From Oscillospiraceae bacterium (GTDB taxonomy: Bacteria > Bacillota > Clostridia > Oscillospirales > CAG-272), in the NCBI GenBank assembly GCA_015064885.1, contig SVRJ01000006.1, positions 3,990 through 67,989 of the forward strand: a DNA stretch of 64,000 nucleotides, written 5' to 3'. The notes beneath the pieces are model-generated. The model did not search any database. It was given only the letters and a program-made list of their open reading frames with translations, and was not told the origin of the DNA. Numbering within the stretch: position 1 is the stretch's first letter; each line of letters starts with the position of its first letter. The position numbers and the translations under genes were made by a program. Of this stretch, positions 16,059 to 25,541 are shown piece by piece.

Positions 16059-18215
16059 ATGGCAAAACGCTATGAAAATATCTCGGTATCCTTTGACGAA
16101 AGCTCAAATCAGGCGAACTTTATCTTTTCGGTCGCTATGATGCCCGTGATATTCATATATTTTGAAGTGATCCTGCATATGGCAACAGGCATAGAGTGGT
16201 CACGCTCTGCCTGGATGTACGTGCTTATATATTCGTTGATAGCGGGGTCTCTGCTCTATATTGCATCTACACTGTTCTCATACAAGGTAAACAGAGTTAT
16301 ATTCCTCATCGCTTGCGGACTTATCGGCTTCGTATATGCGGTGTACGAGGTCTATTATTCCTTCTTCCGCGCATTTATAGATATGACCGCTGCGGGTGAA
16401 GCCGGAAACATGCTCAGAGACTTTCTCGGAAATATTATAAGCTGCACCTTCAAAAACATTCACTGGGTAGCACTCTTTATGCTTCCTCTCTTTCTGTTCA
16501 TCCGGCTCACGAAAAAGACTGTGAGAATACAGAGAAGCTCCTTCCCCTTCAAGGCAGGTGTTCTCGTATTCATGCTCGTATTTCTCGGTCTCAGATCTCT
16601 TCTCATTTCGATAAACAGTAACGAATACGACGATAAGTTCTACTACAACGAGGGCTACGACGTAACGATAGCAGCTCAGAGATTCGGTCTCCCGACCGCT
16701 ATACGCCTTAACGTCAAGTACACTCTCTTCGGACGTCCCGAGGTTGAGCTCACACCTCCCGATACGGTGGAATCGATAGACATGGGACAGCTTTTCGGAA
16801 CGACTACGGCGGATACGACCACACTGCCCGCTCCTCCTACCGGAACAGGCTCGGACGGCTCCTCCTCAGCGATAGAGACAGAGCCTCCCTTCGTACCTGT
16901 TGACAGGGTGCTCGATATCAACTTTGAGCAGCTGGCGGCAAGTGCATCGAAGTCGACCATCAAATCCATGCACCAGTATTTCGGCTCGGTAACACCGACG
17001 CAGACGAACAAGTATACCGGAATGTTCGAGGGCAAGAACCTCATCTATATCACGGCAGAGGGCTTTACCGACAAGGTGATAGATCCTCAGCTCACTCCCA
17101 CACTCTACAAGATAGCAACTCAGGGCTTTGTATTCAACAACTGCTATAACAGCCTTTGGGGAGGAAGCACCGCTACCGGAGAATACCTCTCTATGACCGG
17201 TCTCTTCTACAACAGCTCGAGCTGCCTTAAGAAATCGGGCGGCGGAAGCGACGGAAAAGTGCGCAATATGTATTACGCGCTCGGAAATACCTTCAGCAGA
17301 GAGGGTTATCTCACCTACGCATTCCACAACCACAATCCCAAATATTATTCAAGACATCTCTCGCATCCCAATTTCGGCTTCACCTTTATCGGAGCAAACG
17401 GAAGCTACGACGGATACACCTACAGCGACGGTATAACCTATCCCACCAACGCATGGCCGAAGAGCGACCTCGAAATGGCTCAGCTCTCCACCCCGTATTA
17501 TATTGACAGTGACAAGCCCTTCTGCGCTTACTATATGACTGTCAGCGGACACGCGAACTACAACTGGGGCGGCAACAATATGTCAAAGAAGCACCGTGCT
17601 GAGGTGGCTCACCTTTCCTACTCCGAGGAGGTAAAGGCGTACATCGCCTGCAATCTCGAGCTCGAGCTTATGCTTGAGGACCTTATAAAGCAGCTCACCG
17701 CCAAGGGAATACTTGAAGACACGGTGTTCGTTATAAGCGCAGACCACTATCCCTACGCTCTCTCCGAGGATTCTCTCGCAGAGCTTTACGGTCTCCCGAA
17801 GGACGGTATCCTCGAGAACTTTGACCTTTACAGAAACAAGTTCATGATCTGGAGCGCATCTATGGATGAGCCCGTGGTCGTGGATAAATATTGCTCAAGC
17901 ACAGATATAATTCCGACCGTATACAACCTTTTCGGAATAGAATACGATTCAAGACTTCTCATGGGTATTGACGTAATGTCAAGCGCAGGCGGTCTTGTAA
18001 TACTCAACACACACGGATCTTCATGGAACTGGCTTACCGATTACGGTTATTACAGCACAGCCGCCGGATCTTTTACACCTCATCCGGGTGTTACTGTAGG
18101 AAACGATTCCGCACTCAGGACATATATAAACAACATGAAGTCGATAGTTTCAAACAAGCGTAAATATTCGCTTGCGATACTTGACAACGATTATTACAGA
18201 TATGTCTTCGGATGA
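16059..18215 (+). CDS. LTA-synthase-family membrane sulfatase-fold transferase (LtaS-like)
   Basis: 718 aa. N-terminal multi-TM block, then a Thr/Pro/Gly linker, then an extracytoplasmic alkaline-phosphatase/sulfatase-fold domain (ITAEGFTD, SADHYPY). Confidence 0.7.
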   Translation: MAKRYENISVSFDESSNQANFIFSVAMMPVIFIYFEVILHMATGIEWSRSAWMYVLIYSLIAGSLLYIASTLFSYKVNRVIFLIACGLIGFVYAVYEVYYSFFRAFIDMTAAGEAGNMLRDFLGNIISCTFKNIHWVALFMLPLFLFIRLTKKTVRIQRSSFPFKAGVLVFMLVFLGLRSLLISINSNEYDDKFYYNEGYDVTIAAQRFGLPTAIRLNVKYTLFGRPEVELTPPDTVESIDMGQLFGTTTADTTTLPAPPTGTGSDGSSSAIETEPPFVPVDRVLDINFEQLAASASKSTIKSMHQYFGSVTPTQTNKYTGMFEGKNLIYITAEGFTDKVIDPQLTPTLYKIATQGFVFNNCYNSLWGGSTATGEYLSMTGLFYNSSSCLKKSGGGSDGKVRNMYYALGNTFSREGYLTYAFHNHNPKYYSRHLSHPNFGFTFIGANGSYDGYTYSDGITYPTNAWPKSDLEMAQLSTPYYIDSDKPFCAYYMTVSGHANYNWGGNNMSKKHRAEVAHLSYSEEVKAYIACNLELELMLEDLIKQLTAKGILEDTVFVISADHYPYALSEDSLAELYGLPKDGILENFDLYRNKFMIWSASMDEPVVVDKYCSSTDIIPTVYNLFGIEYDSRLLMGIDVMSSAGGLVILNTHGSSWNWLTDYGYYSTAAGSFTPHPGVTVGNDSALRTYINNMKSIVSNKRKYSLAILDNDYYRYVFG

Positions 18216-18231
18216 TATGATCCCGTTACCA

Positions 18232-18272
18232 AGGCGGTTCCGTGTTTTGCGGAACCGCCTCGCCTATTTTTT
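18232..18272 (+). terminator. Probable intrinsic terminator
   Basis: aggcggttccg-tgttttg-cggaaccgcct. A T6 run begins 6 nt after the stem. Confidence 0.55.
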
Positions 18273-18293
18273 GCAAAACCTTTGGAGCTCTTT

Positions 18294-19355
18294 ATGGAAA
18301 ACACAAGAAAGCTGAATGCACATTCTTCATACGATATACTCTGCGCAGACGGTATCATATCGCGTGCGGGAGAGGAGATAAAAAGCCGCTTCGGTGCGGA
18401 TACGACCGCATATATAATAAGTGACAGCAACGTATTCCCCCTTTACGGAGAAAAGCTTACCGCCTCGCTCTCACGCGCAGGAATCGGATACAAGGTCAAG
18501 GTGTTTCCCGCCGGAGAGGGATCGAAGACCCCCGACACTCTGATAGATATACTCAACTCTATGGCAGAGGAGGGCATCTCACGCTCTGATACAGTGATCG
18601 CCCTCGGAGGCGGTGTGGTCGGAGACGTTTCGGGGCTTGCGGCATCTCTTTATGAAAGGGGGATAAGGTGTATCCAAGTCCCCACCACCCTTCTTGCGGC
18701 GGTAGATTCGTCGGTAGGCGGAAAGACCGCGGTAAATCTCAAGGCGGGGAAAAATCTGTGCGGTGCCTTTCACCGCCCGTCTCTCGTTCTTTTTGACTTC
18801 GATACGGTAAAAACTCTTCCGTCCGAATGTATAGGAGACGGAATGGCGGAAATGATAAAATACGGAGTAATATACGACGCGTCTCTCTTTGCTTCTCTCT
18901 CAAACGGGCTTCCCTCGGGCGAAGAGCTGAAGGACATCATATGCAGATGCATCAAAATAAAGATAGAAGTTGTCGAGCAGGACGAGTTTGAGGGCGGACT
19001 GAGAATGATACTGAACTACGGGCACACCTTCGGCCACGCAATAGAAAAGCTCTCCTCGTACGCCGTATCTCACGGGCACGCGGTAGCTATAGGCTCTGTT
19101 CTTGCGGCAAGGGCAGCCGTAAAGCTCTCGCTCTGCACGGGCGAAGTATACGAAAAGGTGCTTTCCGCAATAAAGGCAGCTTCCCTGCCCTACGAGTCGC
19201 CGTACTCCTGTGACGACATGTACAAATGCATGCTCAACGACAAAAAGAGACGCGGAAGCAGTATAAGCCTCGTTCTTCCGAGGGAGATCGGAAAGTGCGA
19301 GATAAAAAAGCTTTCTCTTGACGAGCTTAAAGAACTTATGGAGAATCTCGGCTAA
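18294..19355 (+). CDS. aroB: 3-dehydroquinate synthase
   Basis: Motifs GGGVVGDVSGLAAS and NYGHTFGHAIE. I chose ATG 18294 (GGAG 6 nt upstream) rather than the TTG at 18282 used by the track. Confidence 0.9.
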   Translation: MENTRKLNAHSSYDILCADGIISRAGEEIKSRFGADTTAYIISDSNVFPLYGEKLTASLSRAGIGYKVKVFPAGEGSKTPDTLIDILNSMAEEGISRSDTVIALGGGVVGDVSGLAASLYERGIRCIQVPTTLLAAVDSSVGGKTAVNLKAGKNLCGAFHRPSLVLFDFDTVKTLPSECIGDGMAEMIKYGVIYDASLFASLSNGLPSGEELKDIICRCIKIKIEVVEQDEFEGGLRMILNYGHTFGHAIEKLSSYAVSHGHAVAIGSVLAARAAVKLSLCTGEVYEKVLSAIKAASLPYESPYSCDDMYKCMLNDKKRRGSSISLVLPREIGKCEIKKLSLDELKELMENLG

Positions 19356-20638
19356 TGAAAAACATCACGTTTGACAAAAACACGGTGCGCATACACGGAC
19401 GCCCAAGGCTTTCGGGCGAGGTATACTGCCCGAGCTCAAAATCCGCGGCTCACAGAGAGCTTATTGCGGCCGCCCTTTCGGACGGGCCGTCGGTCCTTTT
19501 CTGCAGAGGAATAAGCAAGGATATAAGAGCTACGGCAGACTGCCTTTCGGCGCTGGGGGCGGATATACGGATAGACAACGATTTGATACGCGTCTCTCCC
19601 ATTAAAGAGCCTGCGCGCAAAGCAACTCTTAACTGTAACGAGAGCGGGACCACTCTCCGCTTCATGATACCTCTTGCGGCATTTCTCGGAGTAGACACGA
19701 CCTTCGTATGTGCACCCGGGCTTGCGAGAAGGCCTATATCCGTTCTGTGCGACGAGCTTACGCGTCACGGGGTGACTTTCCCCGACGGATATTCTTTTCC
19801 CCTCCGAATGAACGGAAAAGCACTCGGAGGAGAATGGCGTATACGCGGAGATATCTCCTCTCAGTTTATAAGCGGAATACTGCTCGCGCTTCCTCTCTCG
19901 GATATTCCATCGACTCTTGAGGTGGTAGGAAGATGCGAATCGCTTCCTTACATTAATATCACGGTAGGCGTTATGCTGAGCAGAGGAATAAGTGTTTCCG
20001 GGTCGGGATCCGTATATTCTGTAAATACGGGTAAATATTCTTCTGTGGGAAGCGAGGCTTTACCTCACCTTATAGAATCAGATTGGTCGAGTGCGGCATT
20101 CTGGCTTGCTGCCGGGCTTTCCTCGGATGAGGGAATAACCGTCCACGGCCTTAAGTGTGACTCGTGTCAGGGTGACAAGGCTATTCTTCCGCTTCTCATT
20201 TCCGCGGGGGCAAGAATCGAGAGCTCGGATGAAAAAATAAAGATAAGAAAAAGCTCGCTTCATTCATTTGACTGCGACTGCTCGCAGACTCCCGATATGG
20301 TACCCGTGCTTTCGGTATGCGCCGCAATCGCGGACGGCGAAAGCAAAATACGCGGCATAGAGCGTCTGCGCCTCAAGGAAAGCGACAGAATAGAAAGTAC
20401 TATGGCTATGCTGACCTCTCTCGGAATAAGCTCATCCTACTCGGACGGGATCATGACGGTGCGCGGCGGAAAAATACGCAAAGGAAGTGTAAACGGCTAC
20501 AACGACCACAGAATAGTAATGTCTGCCGCGGTAGCTTCCTGCTTTACAGACGAGGAAATAGAGATAAGCGACGCCTTTGCGGTGGAAAAGTCATATCCTT
20601 CATTTTTCGATCACTTCATCTCTCTTACAAAAGACTAA
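19355..20638 (+). CDS. aroA: 3-phosphoshikimate 1-carboxyvinyltransferase (EPSP synthase)
   Basis: 427 aa. Motifs PSSKSAAHRELIAAAL, NCNESGTTLRF and LKESDR. TAATG overlap with the aroB stop. Confidence 0.9.
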   Translation: MKNITFDKNTVRIHGRPRLSGEVYCPSSKSAAHRELIAAALSDGPSVLFCRGISKDIRATADCLSALGADIRIDNDLIRVSPIKEPARKATLNCNESGTTLRFMIPLAAFLGVDTTFVCAPGLARRPISVLCDELTRHGVTFPDGYSFPLRMNGKALGGEWRIRGDISSQFISGILLALPLSDIPSTLEVVGRCESLPYINITVGVMLSRGISVSGSGSVYSVNTGKYSSVGSEALPHLIESDWSSAAFWLAAGLSSDEGITVHGLKCDSCQGDKAILPLLISAGARIESSDEKIKIRKSSLHSFDCDCSQTPDMVPVLSVCAAIADGESKIRGIERLRLKESDRIESTMAMLTSLGISSSYSDGIMTVRGGKIRKGSVNGYNDHRIVMSAAVASCFTDEEIEISDAFAVEKSYPSFFDHFISLTKD

Positions 20639-20671
20639 TAATATCCGCGTGGATATAAAACGGAGATACAC

Positions 20672-21796
20672 ATGAATTTCGATAATATATCAAAAACAGA
20701 GCTCTCAGCTCTTTCTCTTAAAATATACGGTGCCTCGCACGACGAGAAGATCGGAGTGGAATGCTCGGGGCTTCCCGAGGGTGAGAAGATCGACCTTGAC
20801 GAGCTTTCCTCCTTTATGCAGAGGAGAGCACCCGGCAGGTCAAAAACCTCCACACTGAGAAAGGAAGCCGACCTTCCCGTTTTCGTGAGCGGGCTTTGCG
20901 GTGATACTCTCACGGGAGATCTTTGCGCCGAGATATACAACACAAACAAAAAAAGCTCGGATTATTCTTCACTTGCGTTTATTCCGAGGCCCGGGCATGC
21001 GGACTATCCCGCACGCGTAAGATTCGGCAGTGAATACGATCTTTCGGGCGGAGGACATTTTTCGGGAAGGATGACCGCGCCTCTCTGCATAGCCGGAGGT
21101 ATTGCTCTTCAGCTTTTACGCAAGAGAGGAATACACGTCGGAGCGCATGCGGAAAGAATAGCGTCTGTCTGCGACAGAAGGTTTTCTCCTCTCGACGGTA
21201 CGCTTGACGATATTCTTCTTCTGAACGAACGCGCAAAGCAGGACGGAATACTCACATTTTCGGATGAGGTAAGTGCAAGCATGGAGCGTGAGATACTCTC
21301 CGCGGCAGAGGCAGGCGATTCTGTGGGCGGAATAATAGAGTGTGCCGCTACGGGGCTCTGCCCGGGGCTCGGTCAGCATATGTTCGACAGTGTGGAGCAC
21401 GTGATAAGCAGACTTGCCTTTGCGGTTCCCGCGGTAAAGGGAATAGAATTCGGTGAGGGCTTCGGCGTTGCATCTCTCAGAGGCTCGCAGAATAACGACG
21501 GCTACAGATATTCGAACGGAAATATAAAGACCGTCTCAAATCATGCCGGGGGAATTCTCGGCGGAATGACAAACGGTGCACCCGTCATATTCAGAGTCGC
21601 GATAAAGCCTACTCCCTCTGTTTTCACAGAGCAGGAATCTGTCGATATGGTGAGCGGTGAGAACGTCACCCTCAGCATTAAGGGGCGTCACGACCCGTGC
21701 ATAGTCGGAAGGGCGATACCCGTCATCGAGGCGGTGTGCGCGCTTTCTCTCCTCGATATCATTCTCGAAAACGAACGGAGGCATAAAAATTGCTAA
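20672..21796 (+). CDS. aroC: Chorismate synthase
   Basis: 374 aa. Motifs PRPGHADY, GGGHFSGRMTA, GGILGGMTNG and GRHDPC. Confidence 0.9.
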   Translation: MNFDNISKTELSALSLKIYGASHDEKIGVECSGLPEGEKIDLDELSSFMQRRAPGRSKTSTLRKEADLPVFVSGLCGDTLTGDLCAEIYNTNKKSSDYSSLAFIPRPGHADYPARVRFGSEYDLSGGGHFSGRMTAPLCIAGGIALQLLRKRGIHVGAHAERIASVCDRRFSPLDGTLDDILLLNERAKQDGILTFSDEVSASMEREILSAAEAGDSVGGIIECAATGLCPGLGQHMFDSVEHVISRLAFAVPAVKGIEFGEGFGVASLRGSQNNDGYRYSNGNIKTVSNHAGGILGGMTNGAPVIFRVAIKPTPSVFTEQESVDMVSGENVTLSIKGRHDPCIVGRAIPVIEAVCALSLLDIILENERRHKNC

Positions 21797-22989
21797 AAAA
21801 CAGTAACACCACACGCATCGCATGCTATATCGGGTACGTTGTACAGGCAATAATGCTGAACTTCGCACCGCTTCTGTTCGTAACCTTCGAAAGATCGTTT
21901 TCATTTTCGCTTCTTCAGCTGAGCTTTCTTATAGCGGTCAGCTTTATAATACAGCTGTCGGCTGACGCTCTTGCCGCTCTGATCTCCGACAGGATGAACT
22001 ACCGGGGGATCGCTGTAACGGCGGGTATATTCGGAACGGTGGGGCTCTCTCTCCTTTCCTTTCTTCCCTTTGTCGCAGACGCTTACGTCGGCGTGCTCAT
22101 ATCCACAATATTCTGCTCGTTTGCGGGAGGAATGATCGAGGTCATAATAACTCCGACCGCAGAGGCGATACCGTCCGACAACAAGAGTGCTCACATGAGT
22201 CTTCTTCACTCGTTTTACTGCTGGGGATCTGCGTCCGTGGCACTTCTCTCCACAATTTTCTTTGCCGTATTCGGTATAGACAACTGGAGGTATCTCGCTC
22301 TGATCTGGGCAGCAGTTCCTCTCATCGACGCATTTCTCTTCACCAAGGTGCCGATCTTCACTCTTATCGGGGAGGGAGAACGCGGACTCGGTCTTCGTAT
22401 ATTCAAAAAGAAAAGCTTCTATCCCTTCCTCATCATGATGATATGCGCAGGCGGCTCGGAAATGATAATGAGCCAATGGGCAAGCACCTTTGCCGAAACC
22501 TCTCTCGGTGTCAGCAAGGCTGTGGCGGATCTGCTCGGCCCTTGCTCGTTTGCGATATTTATGGGAACGAGCAGGCTGCTCTACGCCCTACTCGGAAAGA
22601 GGATAAAAATAAAAGCGTTTATGCTCATAAGCAATATCCTCTGCATATTTGCATATCTTACCGCCGCATTCGTAAAGGATTCTCCGATAGCTCTGATAGG
22701 CTGTGCGCTGTGCGGATTTTCGGTGGGTATAATGTGGCCGGGAACCTTCAGCATGGCGTCCGAGAAGATTCCGGACGGAGGTATCACCATGTTCTCGGTG
22801 CTCGCGCTCGGAGGAGATATCGGCTGTCTCATAGCTCCCACTCTTGCGGGGCTTATAGCTCAGGCTCTCGGAGGAGACCTTGCTCTTTCATTTATATTTG
22901 CATCCCTCTTCCCTATAGTCGGAACTCTCAATTCACTTTTATTTATCATAAAAAGAAAACAAAAAAGCACCTCTCACACAGGGGCATAG
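21790..22989 (+). CDS. MFS transporter embedded in the shikimate operon
   Basis: 399 aa, ~12 TM helices. A TTG start at 21790 overlaps the aroC stop by 7 nt (GGAGG ~10 nt upstream). The first TM helix begins before the first internal ATG, so the TTG start is needed. Confidence 0.7.
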   Translation: MLKNSNTTRIACYIGYVVQAIMLNFAPLLFVTFERSFSFSLLQLSFLIAVSFIIQLSADALAALISDRMNYRGIAVTAGIFGTVGLSLLSFLPFVADAYVGVLISTIFCSFAGGMIEVIITPTAEAIPSDNKSAHMSLLHSFYCWGSASVALLSTIFFAVFGIDNWRYLALIWAAVPLIDAFLFTKVPIFTLIGEGERGLGLRIFKKKSFYPFLIMMICAGGSEMIMSQWASTFAETSLGVSKAVADLLGPCSFAIFMGTSRLLYALLGKRIKIKAFMLISNILCIFAYLTAAFVKDSPIALIGCALCGFSVGIMWPGTFSMASEKIPDGGITMFSVLALGGDIGCLIAPTLAGLIAQALGGDLALSFIFASLFPIVGTLNSLLFIIKRKQKSTSHTGA

Positions 22990-23007
22990 CATACGAAAGG
23001 CATCAAA

Positions 23008-24276
23008 ATGACTGAAAAGGATCTCAGATGCGGTCTTATCGGAGAAAAGCTCTCTCATTCCTACTCTCCCGAGATACACGCATCTCTCGGAAAGAAATAC
23101 GAATACAAGCTGATAGAGCTTGAAAAGGAGGAGCTGTGCGACTTCTTTCGCTCTGACTCGTTCGATGCCGTAAACGTTACCATTCCCTACAAGAAGGAAT
23201 GCATGAAGTATCTCGACGTTATATCAAGCGAGGCTCTGGGGGTAGGCGCCGTCAACACAGTCGTACGAAAAGGCGGAAAGCTCTACGGCTACAACACCGA
23301 CGTCTACGGAATAGAGGCTTCTTTTAAAAAAGCGGGCATAGACGTAAAGGGAAAAAAGGCTCTCGTCCTCGGTACGGGGGGCGCATCTCTTGCGGCGATA
23401 TATTTTCTTTCCTCGCGCGGGGCAAACGTAATAAACGTATCGAGGAGTAAAAAGGAAGGGTGTATCACATATTCCGAGCTGTCAATGCACAGAGACGCAA
23501 AAATATTGATCAACGCCACTCCCGTGGGAATGTACCCGAACGAGGATGCTTCTCCGCTTTCTCTCACCAAAAATTACGATTCCCTCGAATTTGTATTCGA
23601 CATGATATACAATCCTTTTCGGACAAGGCTCCTTCTCGAGGCGGAGTCGCTCGGGATACCCTGCATGAACGGTCTGTATATGCTTACCGCGCAGGCAGCA
23701 AGGGCGGCAGAGCATTTCTGCGGAAAAGACGTCCCGACAGAGAGTATAGACCGTGCGTACGCAGGTGTTATGAAAAAATGCGTCACTATATCTCTTGTAG
23801 GTATGCCCGGGTGCGGAAAGAGCACTGTGGGAAGGCTTCTCGCCGACAAGCTCTCACTCGGCTTTTGCGACGCTGATGAATATTTCTCACAAAAATACGG
23901 TGTTTCGCCCGCAGAGGTCATAACGGAAAAGGGAGAGCCCGTCTTCAGGGATATGGAGGAGATCTGTATCGACGAGTGCACAAAAAAACGCGGTGTTCTC
24001 TCAACGGGCGGAGGGGCTGTTCTCCGTGAAAAGAACCGAGAACGCCTTCGCATGCACGGGCCCGTGCTTCTTATCGAAAGGGGCAATGACGAGCTTTCGG
24101 TTGAGGGAAGACCTCTTTCCGCGGGGCGCTCTCTCGATGAGCTTTACAGTGAGAGGCGTCCGTACTACGAGGCGGCGCGTGATATAAAGATACAAAACGT
24201 CACGCCAATAGGTGCCTGTGAGCACGCCGAGGCGGTGCTTTCGGATATGATATTTTTCGGAGGAAAAGAAAGATGA
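23008..24276 (+). CDS. aroE: Bifunctional shikimate dehydrogenase (N-terminal) / shikimate kinase (C-terminal) fusion
   Basis: The N-terminal half has GLIGEKLSHSYSPEIH and LVLGTGGAS (AroE). The C-terminal ~165 aa has the Walker A motif ISLVGMPGCGKSTVGRLLA and STGGG (AroK). Confidence 0.85.
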   Translation: MTEKDLRCGLIGEKLSHSYSPEIHASLGKKYEYKLIELEKEELCDFFRSDSFDAVNVTIPYKKECMKYLDVISSEALGVGAVNTVVRKGGKLYGYNTDVYGIEASFKKAGIDVKGKKALVLGTGGASLAAIYFLSSRGANVINVSRSKKEGCITYSELSMHRDAKILINATPVGMYPNEDASPLSLTKNYDSLEFVFDMIYNPFRTRLLLEAESLGIPCMNGLYMLTAQAARAAEHFCGKDVPTESIDRAYAGVMKKCVTISLVGMPGCGKSTVGRLLADKLSLGFCDADEYFSQKYGVSPAEVITEKGEPVFRDMEEICIDECTKKRGVLSTGGGAVLREKNRERLRMHGPVLLIERGNDELSVEGRPLSAGRSLDELYSERRPYYEAARDIKIQNVTPIGACEHAEAVLSDMIFFGGKER

Positions 24277-24707
24277 GATTTCTTATAATAAACGGTCCCA
24301 ACATAAATATGCTCGGCATCCGCGAGCGCAACATTTACGGAAACCAAAATTACGAATACCTTCTCAGCCTTATCGACAGTGCGTGCAAGGAGGTCGGAGC
24401 AGAATACAAGCATTTTCAGTCAAACTATGAGGGCGATATTGTTACCGAAATACAAAACGCCTACCAAAAATTCGACTGCATAATAATAAATCCCGCAGCC
24501 TACACCCACACGTCTGTGGCGATACTCGACGCATTGAAGGCGGTCAGCATTCCAACATTTGAGGTACATATATCGGATATAGCGTCAAGGGAGGAATTCA
24601 GAAAATTCTCATACGTATCTCTCTATGCGGAAAAGACTATTGCGGGATACGGACTTGAGGGCTACCGAATGGCTATTCTCGAGGCGGCAAGAAAGTACAA
24701 AAAATGA
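24273..24707 (+). CDS. aroQ: Type II 3-dehydroquinate dehydratase
   Basis: 144 aa. Motifs RFLIINGPNINMLGIRE..IYG and NPAAYTHTSVA. ATGA overlap with the upstream gene. Confidence 0.9.
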   Translation: MRFLIINGPNINMLGIRERNIYGNQNYEYLLSLIDSACKEVGAEYKHFQSNYEGDIVTEIQNAYQKFDCIIINPAAYTHTSVAILDALKAVSIPTFEVHISDIASREEFRKFSYVSLYAEKTIAGYGLEGYRMAILEAARKYKK

Positions 24708-25447
24708 TAAACAGATACAAAGAGCAGATAAATGCAGTATGCTCGACTCCTCACGAGGTCTTCTTTTTTGAAGAAACAGACTCGACAAACCTCCGTGCCG
24801 CAGAATATATAAAGGAAAAAAAGGCACAGGGAGGCGAGGTTTTTATCGCGAGGAGGCAGAGCGCAGGCAGGGGAACGCGTCAAAGGAGCTTTTACAGTGA
24901 GGGCGGGCTTTATATGAGTCTCATTCTGAAGGCAGAGTATGCGTGTGAGAATCTTACGCCGTTTGCGGCGGTATGCGTTTGCCGTGCCATAGATTCTCTT
25001 TTTGGAACGAGGTGCGGTATAAAGTGGGTGAACGACGTTATTCTCGGCGGCAAAAAGCTGTGCGGTATACTCTGTGAGTCCTGCTTTACTTCAAACGGTC
25101 TCAGCTCCGGCTACGTGATCGTAGGCATAGGAATAAACACAGGCGTTACCTTCTTTCCGAGCGAGCTTTCGGGCATTGCGACGTCGCTCTGTCTTTGCGG
25201 GCACAAAGCGTGTGACAATGCGCTTATTGCGGCAAGGATACTGCACGAATTTGAGCACGGCGGTATCCCGTTCATGGACGAATACAGGTCACGGTCGGTA
25301 ATTCTCGGGCGTGACGTGGAGGTGAGCGGAGCTGACGGAGGCAAAAAAAGGGGTATAGCGGTCTCGATAGGTGATGACGGATCGCTGACCATAGAGACCG
25401 ACAGGGGTACCGAGCGCATAACCTACGGAGACGTTTTTTCGATATAA
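24704..25447 (+). CDS. birA: Biotin--[acetyl-CoA-carboxylase] ligase, group I (no N-terminal HTH domain)
   Basis: 247 aa. Motifs RRQSAGRGTRQRSF, GIKWVNDV and KLCGIL. ATGA overlap with aroQ. Confidence 0.85.
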   Translation: MINRYKEQINAVCSTPHEVFFFEETDSTNLRAAEYIKEKKAQGGEVFIARRQSAGRGTRQRSFYSEGGLYMSLILKAEYACENLTPFAAVCVCRAIDSLFGTRCGIKWVNDVILGGKKLCGILCESCFTSNGLSSGYVIVGIGINTGVTFFPSELSGIATSLCLCGHKACDNALIAARILHEFEHGGIPFMDEYRSRSVILGRDVEVSGADGGKKRGIAVSIGDDGSLTIETDRGTERITYGDVFSI

Positions 25448-25541
25448 ATACAAATAGATATTCTTTTTTAACACATACAGCAATTGAGATATTAACTTAT
25501 AGAATCACAAATACTATTTATACCTACAAGGAGGTAAACAG

